Shown here: one piece after another, positions 47,501 through 61,100 of the stretch
Position numbering within the stretch: the stretch's first letter is position 1
How the letters are laid out: each line of letters begins with the position of its first letter
Origin: Bugula neritina
Taxonomy: Eukaryota > Animalia > Bryozoa
Direction: 5' to 3'
DNA length: 64,000 bases
Assembly: GCA_964035545.1 (NCBI GenBank)
Contig: OZ037768.1
Location: 18,025,700-18,089,699, forward strand
The notes under the pieces: generated by a model
Told to the model about the DNA's origin: nothing
Database searches by the model: none
What the model saw: the letters and a program-made list of their open reading frames with translations, nothing else
Made by a program: the position numbers and the translations under genes

Positions 47501-50500
47501 ATTTTAATAATAATAATTAACAAGTATTCAACAAGATTAAGGTAAAATAAAAGCTCTATGTTTGGTTGACATATTTTGGAATATTTTCTTTACAGCTAAA
47601 ACTATTTTCTACAAGTTTTGCATTCATTTCCCATATACAACGTATAGGGGTACAAACTAAATATAATCTAATTACTACTATACATTACATTGTATAAAGT
47701 ATTTGAACAGGGCCCAACATAAAAAAAGTTACAATAGACACATGTGTATAAAGAGTGAATATAACAGCCCAACAATCATGTAGAAAATGATGCAAACACT
47801 AGTCTTATGCTGATGAGCTTTTTCATTTAATTTTTCCGGCTGGAGCTGGCACTGCATCAATGATGCTATATAGTTGACAGTCTATAATCTATATATTTAT
47901 TTGACTAAATATGAGGAAGGAAAACTCCCACATGCTTCAAAATGGAGACATATGGACAACTATATTTTACTAGCAGAAATACCCACTGTACCTGATTCTC
48001 ATTGACTAAACCCGGAGTATCGTATAACCATCTTGACTGTTTATATTTGCTGTAATCAAACGTGGAACTTTTCTACAAATAAAAAAATAGCCGAATAGTT
48101 GCCTAATCTATGTAAGAAATACATAGATTAGAATATTTTTAAAAAGCAAGCAACTATTGCATCGTAATACTTAAGCTGCTTGCATAAAATTATTTTATTA
48201 TTCATATAGATGTAAACATTGCATAAGAAGTCCACTGCAGAAAATTACAGTATCATAAATATTAGATGTTTTATATATTTATTATATATTATATAAATAC
48301 TATGTTATATTATATTGCAACAAAAGCCCTTATCACATTAGCTAACTGCATAGCGTTCTCGATGCCGTACATACTTTATCAACGTTATCTTTGAGGGAAT
48401 TCCATCTGGTCATTTTATACTGAGACTCCACACTACTAGCATCATACTCTTTGTTTGTCCTCTTCAGTTCATCCACGTCAAAGTCTTCATTATCCTGGGT
48501 GGGTTCAACCAGACCTGGAATATTCAGACAAAGGAGATCATTTATTTGATTGAGTCTTCAAGTCTTCAGCTCTTAGAATAAAATTTTAATAGAAAGCAGA
48601 AAAGCTATCCAATGACATTCAGCCAAAACTTCATTGATTTTGACAACCCAACAAATCATATAACATTTTAAGTAGATGTATCACAATTTAGTATACTTTA
48701 CCATAAAAGGAGACAAAAGATACCAACTGCCCACATAACATTTACAATTGTAAGTAAACTGAACGTGTTTCATAAATCAACAGATAGTTTTCCCACCTCT
48801 CAGTGTCGTGTGGTGAGTGTTGCGGGTTTTTTCCATATCCAAAGACTCATCCATCTGGTCAGCTTCCATAAGCCGCTGTCTCCTCAGAGCCAGCATGTAC
48901 CGTGGTGGTCTGTTCACAGGAAACTTGAGTAAGTTTAAAGTTGTACCTGCACGACAAACAAACCACTCTCTAGCAACACAAGTGGCACCTTGTACTAAGT
49001 GATAGCAACAGCCAGTGGTAAAAGTTCAAAGCTTTGTGAGCACGTACCTGGCCATGTGGATATAGTAGCTCTGCCTATTTTATCCCGAGCCATTTCCTTA
49101 CACAGATCAGACATGAGCAGAGAGTTGAATAAAGAACTCTTCCCTGAATTCGTGCATCCAACAAGATGGAAGTGGCAGCCAACTCTATACAAACACACAT
49201 CACAGGATTAACTCAAAGAAAGTCAACAATATTTCTGATAGTAGCACACTCACTACTGAATTAATAACAAAACTCAAAAATAATATATAAAATTGATTTT
49301 TAAATCATGACAAAAATAGTATCTGCAGCGCAATGATAAAGTAAATACAACTGGATGTGTAAAGTCATGTGATGTAGCTGTAGTCTTACCCAGGTCCATA
49401 TTTGAGTAGTTGGGTGACCAACTGCTCCACACCATAGCCTGTGAGAGCACTAACTAACACCACTTGTCTCAGATTCTTACCAAACAACTACAAAAGAAAA
49501 TAGTGTACTATGTATATTAGATTATTTTAAGATCAGCGTTCCGCACTCAAGGCACGGTTATTTACTTTCAGAGTGAAATATTAACCTCGCACATATCAAT
49601 ATGAAGTAGCATACAACCTGAGAGGAATATCCGGTGATGCAATCCTTGATATGATTCAAATACGTGTCGGAATCTTTAGGTAAAAGATCAATCTTGTTTG
49701 CGATGATGTAGATAGGGTGCTTGTTGCTCACTATACTCATCAGGTCCGTTATAGTGCTGTTTTGGTAATCCGTGACATCTATCACATGCAGTATAACACT
49801 TGCCTGGTCTTTCACTTCCGCTAGTATGTTTCTGTACTCTTGTGCACTCACCTTGAGTTGGTTTATTATAAAGGCATTATTTTACATGTATATATAATGA
49901 CAATTGTGAAATTTGATAAATGTGAATTGTGGAACTGACAAGTCATTTTTCATTAATATTAAATAAAATATGATTCAACAAACATCATCAAAACAGCTTC
50001 GACTGCAATTTTAGTTTCCAAATTCTCGTATTTGATTAACAATTAAACAACATTTATTCATTTATACTGAAACAAATCTTGGATTCATACTTGTTAGGAT
50101 TAATACTTGTAAGTTACTTAAAAAATTCATCAGTATAATATTTTCATCAAACTAGCCGAGTTCAAATGCTCTAAAAGCAACTGCCTACATCACATGTGGT
50201 TGAGATAGCAATAACATTAATTTACCTGAGCATTCAACAAGACGTCATGGCTTTCCAAGCCTTTACAGCGCAAACATTTACAGTTTTGTATCTGTATGCT
50301 ATCCAAAGCCTAAAGTACAAATTAGAGTACGATACTAGTGATATATCAGAGAGTGCTGTAACAGCATGGACGTCTATGCTTTGAGCGCAGATGCTGCACG
50401 ATAACTCAATCTATTTTCATATATAAAACTGTAACAATCATTCTGGCAATCAAGTGACAGTTATGTGCATTTTCTTACAAAATGAAACAATGAGTGATTA

Positions 50501-52141
50501 CAGGAAACTCTCCTCCTCCAGTTTTTGAGCTGCACTGACTCATAAAAGAACATTGATGCCTAACAACAGACAAGCTTTGACCAAAAACATTCACTAAAAA
50601 CAGAAGAGGGCGTTACTGATACACCAGTAACACCCTCTTCTGATATACTGAAGAAGTTTTCAGGATAATAAAGAAAACTAACCTTGAACCTTGCACTGGA
50701 TATAAAACCTGGTAAATGGGGTGCAGAGCAGTGTATAGGAGTGCCACACCCCACACATGTGTGCTCACTCGGTGGACAGTTAGGATCAACAGACCCTACC
50801 ATGTTAAGATATTCTGGTGGTATCCTCACACCATACCGAGTTTGCATTTCTTCCTCTTCCCAATTCAACTGCTCTATAGTTGCAAATTTACAGGGTAGTT
50901 GCATTTCAGGTTAAAACAAAGCTAATAATAAAATTATTTAGGCCGTCAAGTTTTCTACACAAGGCAGTTTATGCGTAGTTGAACTGCTTAAGAAATAAGA
51001 CTCTCCTATTCCCCTCCTGCAGACTTTACATAAATAATGCTGACGTCATGTTTGAAGTAGAACTGTTATTACATAACATAGCGATGAAAAGAATTAATAA
51101 ATAACAACAGATTAATATACATGCGGTAGTTTGTGTTAGGTTTCAGATTTGATTTGCACATACAAAATAGGAGTGAAAATGATGGCAATTGCCAAGTGGC
51201 ATAATACAACCTAGACTTGGCAGGTTGGCATACAAAAAATGCATTATTACAATGAAAAACACTGGTGAAATTGGTGAGCTGTTTTCGCCGCAAATGTAGC
51301 AGTTTGAGTAATCAAAGATATACAAGCAGAGAACATACGTCTCTATTTGGTGGATTGAGTGTAAGCAGGGTGCTTAATCAGTTATTCCATGAACATTTTT
51401 CTGTCTAAATTTTAAGCTAAATGCACTTTTTAAAATAGAAATTGAACACTTCAAAAATGAGAAAGCTGTACTGTTTTGTTTTTGTTTTGGCAGCAATAGA
51501 CTTTGAGGAGTGGAGAGGAAGAGAATTAACAAAGCAATGATTTCAATAAAATACTGATGTTACTAGAAAAGACATTTTCAAAACATTTTTGACTAAGAAT
51601 GCAAAATTAAACAAATCAATACTAGTAATAAACAAAAAATCCAAATGTTTGTATAATTCACCTTGCTGCTCTGCTATCTTCAAGTTAACCTCTTTCAACA
51701 AAGAGTTCAGTTTGTTGAGTTGCTGATTAAGTTTAGACATGGAGAGATCATCTGTATTGTCTACCCGAGGAAGAACGGTACTTAGTTTACTAGTCTCTGT
51801 ATTCTTTTTAGTCTTTTTGTTTTTGAACGGCTTTTTTGAATTAAGGGTCAACTGATTCCAACTGGCAGTACAATAGCAGTGAGCTAGACAATTGTATCTT
51901 GTAAACTAAAACAAAATTAACATCTTATAAATCATTTGGAACAAAACTATCAACCACTTATGAAAGCACAGTTTCTACATTTGTATAAACAACAATTATG
52001 TTTTAAATACTTTGCTTGATCAGAACAGAGAAAATATACTTGTATATGAATAAACGTTTTTGCAAAGCACCAATAACTTCAACTTACCTGATATTCCAGC
52101 CCTTTGCCTATCGTCTGAGTAAACTTTGTAAGACTATTCAT
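44580..52141 (-). CDS. NOA1: Nitric oxide-associated protein 1 (mitochondrial circularly permuted GTPase, YqeH family), 14 coding exons, about 652 aa
   Basis: Exons 52141-52088, 51905-51662, 50873-50683, 50309-50226, 49851-49618 (or 49615), 49487-49390, 49184-49048, 48946-48797, 48514-48375, 48072-47992, 47117-46986, 46444-46319, 45724-45610, 44752-44580. Zn finger CVGC...CLRC, then permuted motif order G4 NKID, G5 VSA, G1 GCTNSGKS, G2 [13 protein letters not shown]3 DTPG, and a C-terminal GRID...SSIGWVAV. The two 5'-most exons are less certain. Confidence 0.93.
45250..45539. mobile_element. hAT-superfamily MITE
   Basis: Termini caggggtgcccaac / gttggacagccctg with a perfect 8-bp TSD CCCTAAGA (45242-45249 and 45540-45547). 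Confidence 0.92.
45887..46250. mobile_element. Foldback element / long inverted repeat (arms about 160 bp)
   Basis: tgggtcattttacttaatttagtacac...tttttgcccaaaactaggaaaa...aaatacacctaaataat mirrors attatttaggtgtattt...ttttcctagttttgggcaaaaa...gtgtactaaattaagtaaaatgaccca. Confidence 0.9.
46585..46849. mobile_element. Palindromic foldback MITE, same family as the arms at 24771 and 26871
   Basis: aatatacccttttcag...gagttgtgtcctcc...tgctgagcaatgctgaagtgc|cacttcagtattgctcagca...ggaggacacaactc...ctgaaaatggtctatt. Confidence 0.85.
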
Positions 52142-53522
52142 CTCAGTTGTTTTCTAGATTTTAAAATGAAATTGTGAATTTTCAAAACATTGAAGAAATA
52201 ATTTTGGTCACCCAACTTGGCCAAAGAAATCTATAAAAGCAACTTACTCAAAACTTAAGTCTGAGCAAGTTGCTTTTTTATTAACAAATTATTTGGAAAT
52301 GCAGCCAATCTAGCTTGTCATAAGGAAGAGCTTATTTCAATAAAGAACATGGCGTAAGAAGTTCAGCTTATAAATATTATGCAATGCCTATATGATATAC
52401 AAAGGAAACTATACTATTTTGTTTTGATGATATACTGATTTATTTAATTCCCTGATTGTTGTCACTAGCTGAGCCTTTTTCATCCGAGATGGAAAGCTAT
52501 AAACAGATTTCATAACTCAATGTGAGCATGAACGAATCACAAATATTGATATTGTAATTTTTTATCACTATTCATTTATTGAAACTCAATTTGTCTCAGC
52601 TTAATCATTTAATATACAACACTTACGGCGGCAAAAACTTGATTTTTGTAATAATGTGAAGGTCAGTGTACTTTACCATGTACTTACTATTATTTATAGT
52701 TATATACATGATAACGATAAACAATAAAGTATAATCATAATGGCGATCATGTTGTAATTACTTATCATTAAATTGAATATCAAAAAATCAATATGTAATC
52801 ATTTTGACAGCATGAACTAGATTTAAAAAACAAAATATTACTAGAAGTAAAACTAAAACTAACACAAAAACAAAAGTAAATCCTTAAATCAGCAACTGCG
52901 AGCCCAAGTAACTTCGATTTAAATATTTACTGCAAAATTAAATGAGACATATCAATATTAGATACTAAATTAGTAATCATCTAAATTTTACTTCATAATG
53001 ATAATGGTAATTAGATTTAGTGTAGTATAATCATGTGTTATATTGATATTATAGCATTGCACTTGTAGCTTAAGCTATACAACTACAGGCTTTTAGAGAA
53101 AAAGTTATGAAAAGCTTTCAGCTAAAAGTAAATAGCTCATGTTTTATGCATGTAATATTTTCACTCTCTTGCTGCACTACCCAACTAGTAGTAGCTCACA
53201 TGCCCTACGCACAACATAACATATTTATCATAATTATACAATTACTATTAGTACCTATAATAATAATTATCATTATGATTATAATCATAATCATTCTGTG
53301 TTCAGATTGAAATTCTTATTCTGATAGTGATTATGTTTTCAATTTCCTAGTTATAATAATAATGGTAATATTTCAAAACTATGATAATTCACAATTGACT
53401 TAAATTTAAAGATTAAACTCTAAGGCTAAAACAAAACTCTAATGACAAAAATAATAAAGTAAACGTTGTTACTTGTTAGTGTTACTTCACTTGGTCTTGT
53501 TAGTTGTTGGTCAACGTTACTA

Positions 53523-53910
53523 ACTTACTTGTTATGAGAATCAGAATGATACTGATAGTGATAGTAATTTGATATAAATGTTCAATCAATTTCTTTTAAT
53601 CATACAATTTATTTATTATACAGTGGTAACTATCTAGCTCATGTTGCATACTAATAGTTGATGTCATTAATTTACCGATCACAAAATGATGAAAATGATT
53701 TTTGTAGAACCGAGGGAGCACGCTTTGACTTTCACTTCGAATGTCACATTTATTATTAACGTGACTGATTCTTTCCCGCGTATGACGAAAAAGGTTTAGC
53801 CAATTGCATTTATCAAACTTCACCGGTTCCACTTATTTGCTTCTGTAATATCCGGTGTTACCTTTGGCTTTACGTATCACTGTTATAAATAAAATTTACT
53901 AAACAAGTAA
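53523..53910. promoter_or_regulatory. Putative bidirectional promoter between NOA1 (-) and RNF5/185 (+)
   Basis: Locally CpG-richer patch with E2F-like TTTCCCGCG at 53772-53780 and CCAAT at 53800. A minus-strand gtaagt donor at 53523-53528 and acceptors just upstream of both ATGs (52154-52155 and 54840-54841) imply non-coding first exons here. Confidence 0.55.
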
Positions 53911-54064
53911 AACTTATTGCCAGCCAAACTTGAAGAAGACACCCAAACTATACTCATTCTCGCACTGATGAGTTATTAATTAGTCATATTAATGCCTATT
54001 TCTATAATAATTATAATAGTGTAACTTAATCTTATAGTTCATTAATTGTTAATGTTACTAAGTT

Positions 54065-54165
54065 AAAGTAACTATTACTATTTGAGTATTACTATTACTA
54101 TTAGTATTAGTATTAGTATTAGTATTACATTTACTATTAGTATTACTACTAGTATTACTAGTAGA
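54065..54165. repeat. (TATTAG/TATTAC)n low-complexity array in the RNF5/185 5'-UTR intron
   Basis: agtattactattactattagtattagtattagtattagtattac. Confidence 0.85.
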
Positions 54166-54874
54166 AGCACCTGTTACTGTGCAAAGTCAAATGTCTCTTA
54201 CTCTTGATATTACTCAATTTGACTGTTGGTATGTAAATAAGTAAAGTATTGCATTTTACTATTTGTATACTATTACTTATACTAATACTTATAGTATACG
54301 TTTGTATAGTGGCAAGATGAATTTTAGTTTTAATATGAATATCATTAACACCATTAGATTTAGTGTTAGCCAGTCTTGGTTATTGGATTATAATTATGAT
54401 AATTTGGGCAAAATTAGGGTAGCTGTTGCATTGAAAAAGTTAATTTGAAAAGGAAGTTAATTTAATTAAAATATTTTTATATAGCCAATTTAACTATTTT
54501 AGAACTTGGCTGGGTAAATTTTTCTCCAACATGAAATTATTTATATTCTTGAATTTTATTTTTTCAAAATCAGTGTTATATACTAATATGATGTGAAACA
54601 TAAAATAATAAGACAAGGGTTGGTACAATAGTGATTTAGGGCTGACTGTCTTCGTAGTATTTTTAGCCAATCTATTTTTAGACTTTGGTCAGTCATTTCA
54701 ACTTACTAACAATAGATTTGGAACTTTTGTTATTATAAAATGGTGCTCTATTAGAAAGCATAAATTAACAAGTGCGCAGGCAAAAGTTACGTACATTTAT
54801 GTAGAAAATCACAATGCTATTTAAATATTATCATTTTTCAGATGCTATTTTAAAACGAATAATTAAAAAAAACA

Positions 54875-57303
54875 ATGGCAGAAGCTGCTCCTTCGTCTTC
54901 TGGGGCACCAAGCTCATCTCCAGGTGCTTCAAATTCATCGTCAATACCTGACGAAGAGATAAATGGCACATATGATTGTAATATCTGTCTCGACATTGCA
55001 AAGGATACTGTTGTCACTTTTTGTGGCCATTTGTTTTGGTAAGTCCAAGATTTTTCAGGTACTATAAAATCGTGTACATTTTACAATATAATGCATTTGC
55101 AAGTATAAGATTTAGTATTGTGTGTATATGTTGTTGACCTATTGAGAATTGAGATTCTTATATACATTTTTGGTAAGACTAGTAGGCAATTTTATTGAAC
55201 AAATACGACTTGATAATGTATATAATTTGATAGTGTATAAATACAATGTTTCAGTTGGCCCTGTCTTCATCAATGGTTAAGTACTCGTCCTGATCGCCAA
55301 ATGTGTCCCGTCTGTAAAGCTGGCATTAGTAAAGAGAAAGTTATTCCAATCTACGGCAGAGGAAATACAGATAACAAAGACCCAAGGTACTACAATTATT
55401 TAATTACAAAATGTGTGCTTTAGAGGAATTTTATTGTGCATCTCTGTTTTGGTGAGGAGTTGTTGGACAAATAAAAAGTTATTTCATAATCATTGAAATA
55501 TATTTTAACTGTAATTTACAATTAAAGAAATCAATACACTAAAGCAAATATTTACCAGCACCTACATGTAAGCACTTAGCAAGTTGGATTCTACTGTCAA
55601 AATGTTATTTTGTAAAATTTGATAAATTAAAAGAGAAAGGCAAAAGGCTGAAAGATATGCATTACCGCTTTTTGTATCATAATAATTTGTATATTATTAT
55701 GTTGTAGAGAGAAGCTACCACCAAGGCCCTCTGCTCAAAGAAGTGAACCTGAAAATAACAGTGGTGTAAGTTTCACACAACATCATCATCTCTAGGCACT
55801 TTTAATGTATAATTCTCTTTTTCATTTCTGTTTATCTTCTACCAGTCTTTTCATCATATTTGGTTTTTAGCATATTTCATTGTAATATTTAGTTTCTCCC
55901 ATCGTATTTGCACTGGCAGCTCTAATTCTAGTATTAATCTACGGAGTATGCTGGTATTAAAAAGGTCATGGCAGATGAAAAAGAAGAACAATGAAACAGT
56001 ACATAGGAGTTGTCCACATTTGAATCTTTGTTTCATCAGTTTAATTTATATATTATATTATAGTAGTTCTCCGAGACTACTTTATTTTCTCTAAATTTAG
56101 CCGTGCTTTTTGTTTGAAATTGAAGCAAATGTTATTGGAAGCTTGACCACATAAATTTCCTGTAACTAGAGCAAGTTCATTTTATGCCTCTTTTTCTATA
56201 TAAATCAAGCATAGGAATAGTATCAATAGTACGAGTATCAATAATTAGATTAAACTGAATTATTATTGATTATAGGAAACTTACAATCACACTATTGCGT
56301 AGCTTGGTGGTAATTAAAGTGAAAAATTGAAGTTATTTCCCCTATTCTACCATTAATTAAACAATTCAGTTGTTTTAGCTTAGAGGATTTGAAAACTCGC
56401 TAAAACACATGCTGTTGCGTAGCATTCTTTGGTTAGTTGAAGTTAGATAGTTGTCAAGTTACTCCTGTGTGAGTTTCAGGTTAAATGCAAAATTAACTAA
56501 AAAAGCATATTTAATACACTTTTTAAATAGAACAACCTACACAAAATGCTCAACAACTTATACAATAAAGTTTTAAGGAGTTGCATAATCTCACTATACT
56601 AATTACTAATACAGTACTATGCAAAGCATTTTCTGAATTATTTTTAACGTTTTCTGTTCTGATTGCAGTTTGGCAATTTCAACATGGGGAATCTTCAGTT
56701 CTCATTTGGTATTGGAGCATTTCCTTTTACATTTTTTGCTTCAAATTTCAATCTGGGGGATGCAAGGCCTGGAAACCGTAAGTAAATTAAATTGTCATCC
56801 AGTGATAGTTGAACTTAATAAAATCTTTTATATGCACTGTTTGATCATAGTATTAGATTTTGGTTTGACAATTGTTTTTAGTGGATTTTATAAGATACAA
56901 ATCTGTAGGTGTTTTCATTATATGAATTTCAATTGCACTATATCAGTTAAACACCCACCCCCCCTCAAGTCCTTTAATTTTTTAGCTTATTTGGATGTCA
57001 GACTAGTGTGTATTCTTATTTTATTTGTTCTCCTACTTTTTTTCAATTTGTTGCCTTCCACATCTTAAAATAATTTTCATCAATGATTTTCTTCAAAACC
57101 TTAATCCATTTTCTCACTCCTGTTGATCGAGCTAAATAAAACATGCAATGTTCTCATATTAGATGAAGTTTTTGACCTTCAAGCTATTTTGTATCTGACT
57201 TGTAGCTTCCGCTGGAACACAGCAACATCAGGAGGAGCGTGTCTTATCACAAATATTTCTCTTTGTGGCAATGTTTTTTGCTATATGGCTTATAATTGCC
57301 TAA
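54875..57303 (+). CDS. RNF185: RING-HC E3 ubiquitin ligase of the RNF5/RNF185 family, 5 coding exons, about 186 aa
   Basis: Exons 54875-55038, 55255-55386, 55708-55765, 56669-56777, 57206-57303. [31 protein letters not shown]...[20 protein letters not shown]...[20 protein letters not shown] and a C-terminal TM segment [19 protein letters not shown]. Likely co-ortholog of vertebrate RNF5 and RNF185. Confidence 0.95.
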
Positions 57304-58131
57304 TACAAACAACAATTGTTGCGGATACCATTAGAATTAACAGATATTACTTTTGTTATCTGTATCTCCTCCCTCTATCTTCACAACTAAATTCAGTCAA
57401 CAAATTTATTGCTTATTTATTTGCTTATGCTTTTCGTGGTTATAGATGGTATATTTTTTACTAAATGAGAAGTAATACAACTGGTATGGCCTTGCCACAT
57501 ATAGTTGTACTGATGCATTTATGAATTATATAATATTTTGTTGTCATATGCAGCTAATACAAAATAATATTTAAAATGATATTTTTTTTTTTATTTGTTG
57601 GTAAAGGTGACCATTGATAGAATTTAACACATCATGAGGTTATAATTATATTAGAAAAAATGTTTTCTATCAAAATTAACAAAAATACAGTAAATATAAA
57701 ATACTAAGAAATACAAGATTTAGTTTTTACATAGGATTGTGCTTTGTGAATTAGTTGCTGAGCTAATAATGGGCATCATATTTTCCAATTGTACTCTGTA
57801 CACAAAAAACACAAAAAGTTATTTTCCATATAAGAACTGACAATAAACCGATAGACAATAAGTATCAACAACAAAAATATAGCATGCAAGATATAAATAT
57901 AGTAAATGCCCCACAAATATATGAATAAAAAATAAGCATTTGAGGTCCCAAATGTTAATTTTCTATAACAAAAGTGCAGCAAGTTGTAAAAATAACACAA
58001 CTTGCGATGTGGCATTTAAATTTGATGTCTTGAGGTTACATAAAAAGTAGATTGTATATATTCACACATCACATTATCAAATAAAGAAATAAGTGTAATA
58101 AATTTAAACCTGATAACATAACGGCAATTGG

Positions 58132-61100
58132 TTACTTGGCGCCAGGAACTTGGTGCAACACCTACAAACAGTCAAATTGCATAACATTGTAACGTATTCA
58201 GCAGTGGAGATCTTATCTTAGGAGGATTACTTGGTATTCCAAGCATCAAATCCAATAAATTTAAGCAATATACTAAGCAAATTAAATTAATAACAAGTGC
58301 TCTAAAGTTAAAAAAGAACTTTGTGATATTTGGAAAAGCATTAACAACAAAATTAGTATTCATCAAAACACAGTCTGGTGAATGATGATACAATGTACTC
58401 GTATTTATTTACCTTGGATAAGTCGACACCAGTGAGTGCCTGTACAGCAGGGGGCAGTTGACTGACCAGTTTTGATACTTCACTAGTTGTTCTGTCATCA
58501 CCTACCATAACAATCTCATCAACTCTAGCAAGAGGGGCGGACACTTCGGCAGCAATCTGTAATAATATACACACCATGCAGTAATATACACATCATGTAG
58601 TTAGACTACTAGCACTCTCAAGCTATAATGTAAATCTACTACAAAGTTTATACCGTAATTCTGCACAGGACTAAAACAGTATAATATATTCAGGGTAAAG
58701 TGTACATGATGTCACACACTAAAGTAAAAGATAATTTTAAAGTTGGAGAGAAACAAAAAAAGGACATTAAAAATAAAAAGGTACTTTAGAATGTAGAGAT
58801 CATTTAAAGTATTTCCCATGTAATAAGGTGACTCTAGAAAAATAGAGCTATTGCACAATAATTTCTGACAACTTTCAAAGTAAACAATGCAATGAAAAAA
58901 TTGTTATCTCATTAATCATAAACTTGATAATAAACAAAATATTAAAACAATGTCTCAAAGTTGTCAACTAACAAGAGAAAAAACACTCTAAAGATAGAGA
59001 AGATCATACACAGAATGGGCCTTGCGTAGCCATAGTGTAACCTGGGAACTTACCTTTGGTAAAGTCTCCAGAATAAGGCTGACCATAGCTGCGTCTCCAT
59101 ACTGCTTATAGGCGGAAGCTTTCAGTCTCATTCTCTCGGCTTCTGCTTTACCAACAGCTTCTATAGCCGTAGCCTCAGCTTCACCAGTCAGTCTGATCTG
59201 CTCAGCGTTAGCTTTGGCTGCCTCAACTTTCTGTATTCTGTAAAGAAATGTATCACATGATATAGATATAATATAATAAGTAGTATTCAGTTATTAAACC
59301 TCCAACTAATAATACATCATACTTGACATTTATCAATAGTCAATACTTTACATGACTAAAATAAGAAATGATCAAAAGCGTCAAATACAAGTGAAATAGA
59401 TGTTACAATGCAATGCAAACATTTCATGAAATAATTTGAGTTGTTACAAGAAATCAGCAGAAATGTAAAATGAAAGTAAAAATCTGCAAACTACATGAAA
59501 GCATTATAATAAAAAGAGTTACTGTAAGAATTACAGCATTTTATTTAAATAAACTGGAGTGCGAGTGACAAAGAACAGTGTTGGGGAATTTTTCACCTTT
59601 TGCCATCAGCAATCTGGTTGACTCTGTAGGCTTCAGCCTCTGCAGGTAACTTGATGGTAGCGTGCAGCTCGTTCTCCTTCCTCACAATCTCCTTGTCCTC
59701 TACACTGATTTGTTTTCTTCTCTCCACTACATCTATCTCGATCTCTTCAGCTCGAATCTTTTGATTTGTTTTGGCTGCTTGCAGCTCATAGGCCAACTCA
59801 GCTTCAGCATTCTGCATGTAATAATATACATGTATATGTAATATACATATAATAATATTACAGATATTAATACTACATATAGCAAATACTACATATAGCA
59901 ACAACAAACATTAGAATCGAAATGAAATTTGGTGAAAAGACAGTAATTTATTCACTTAAATCGTTATTTATAAGTTGAAAAGGTAATAATTATTATAGCA
60001 TTTATTATTCAAGTTCAAAGATTTTTAATTTCATGATTTTTGGAGGTGTTTAAAATCTTGCTGAGTAGTTGAATGTTCATATGGATAGTCTGACTTAAGC
60101 TCATACACACAACTGTATATATCAGTGCAGGTATAAAACAATACTGTTGCTTAGCAACGCATCATTCACCTTTGCATTGACCTCCTGGTCGAACTGGGCT
60201 TGCATCATCTGGTAGCCTCTGTTTGAATCAGCAACTCTTGAGTCTGCCTCGTATTTAGTGTCCATCATAGTTTTCTCACACTCAGCCTCCTGGAAACACA
60301 TACAAGATAAATAAGATGACTTGCATACCCAGAAGGGCGTTTCATAATAGAAAATTATGGTGAAAAGACAAATCCTGAAGTGAGCAACTCTTAAATCAAG
60401 TGTTTAATGTATGTAACATGCTGAAATATTAAACTGAAATGACTTTTAGAGAAACATAAATGCATTTTATAAAAATATGTATTGTATACAGATTCAATAA
60501 GAAACTGTTAGTTATATTATAATGTACAACATGTTAACTTCTAGAACTTCAAGAATCAATAACTAAAGTCTTTTTAATTATCAATAATTAAAGGAATTTC
60601 AGATTTGTTTGTTTGCAACACAGTTGTAAACTGTTGGTAATTTTATCAATAAAAAATAACTACTACGGCTTTAATGGCTTCAGTCACAATGTTAAACTAT
60701 AAAACGAAACTTGAAATCAAAAACTGCAATAAGAAATTGTCAGTCATATCATATTACATAATACGTTAATGTTCGTATTTACCTGAATTCCAGCATCTCT
60801 GTTAGCCTCAGCAACACCAATATCAGCATCTCTCTTTACGATGGCGGTTTGGGCACGCCCTAAAGAGGCGAGGTAGTCAACCTTGTCATAGACATCTTTG
60901 ATGGTGAAGGAAACAATCTCAATGCCCATACGGCTGACATCAGGAGAGGCTACTTTACGAACTTCCTGTGCAAACTTATCTCTATCTTGAAACACTTCTT
61001 CCACAGTGAGGGTTCCTTAAAAATACAGAAGTTTGGTTCAAAGATTATGAAAACTTATCATACACAAATGAGAAAAATAATTCAAATGCCTGCATTACAG

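Noticed and set aside
51339-51404. Possible poison exon in NOA1 intron 2
   Set aside because: Splice-like signals with stops arise easily by chance in AT-rich introns, and nothing else supports it.
56670-57464. 132-aa and 113-aa ORFs
   Set aside because: Off-frame overlaps of RNF5/185 exons 4 and 5 running into intron or UTR.
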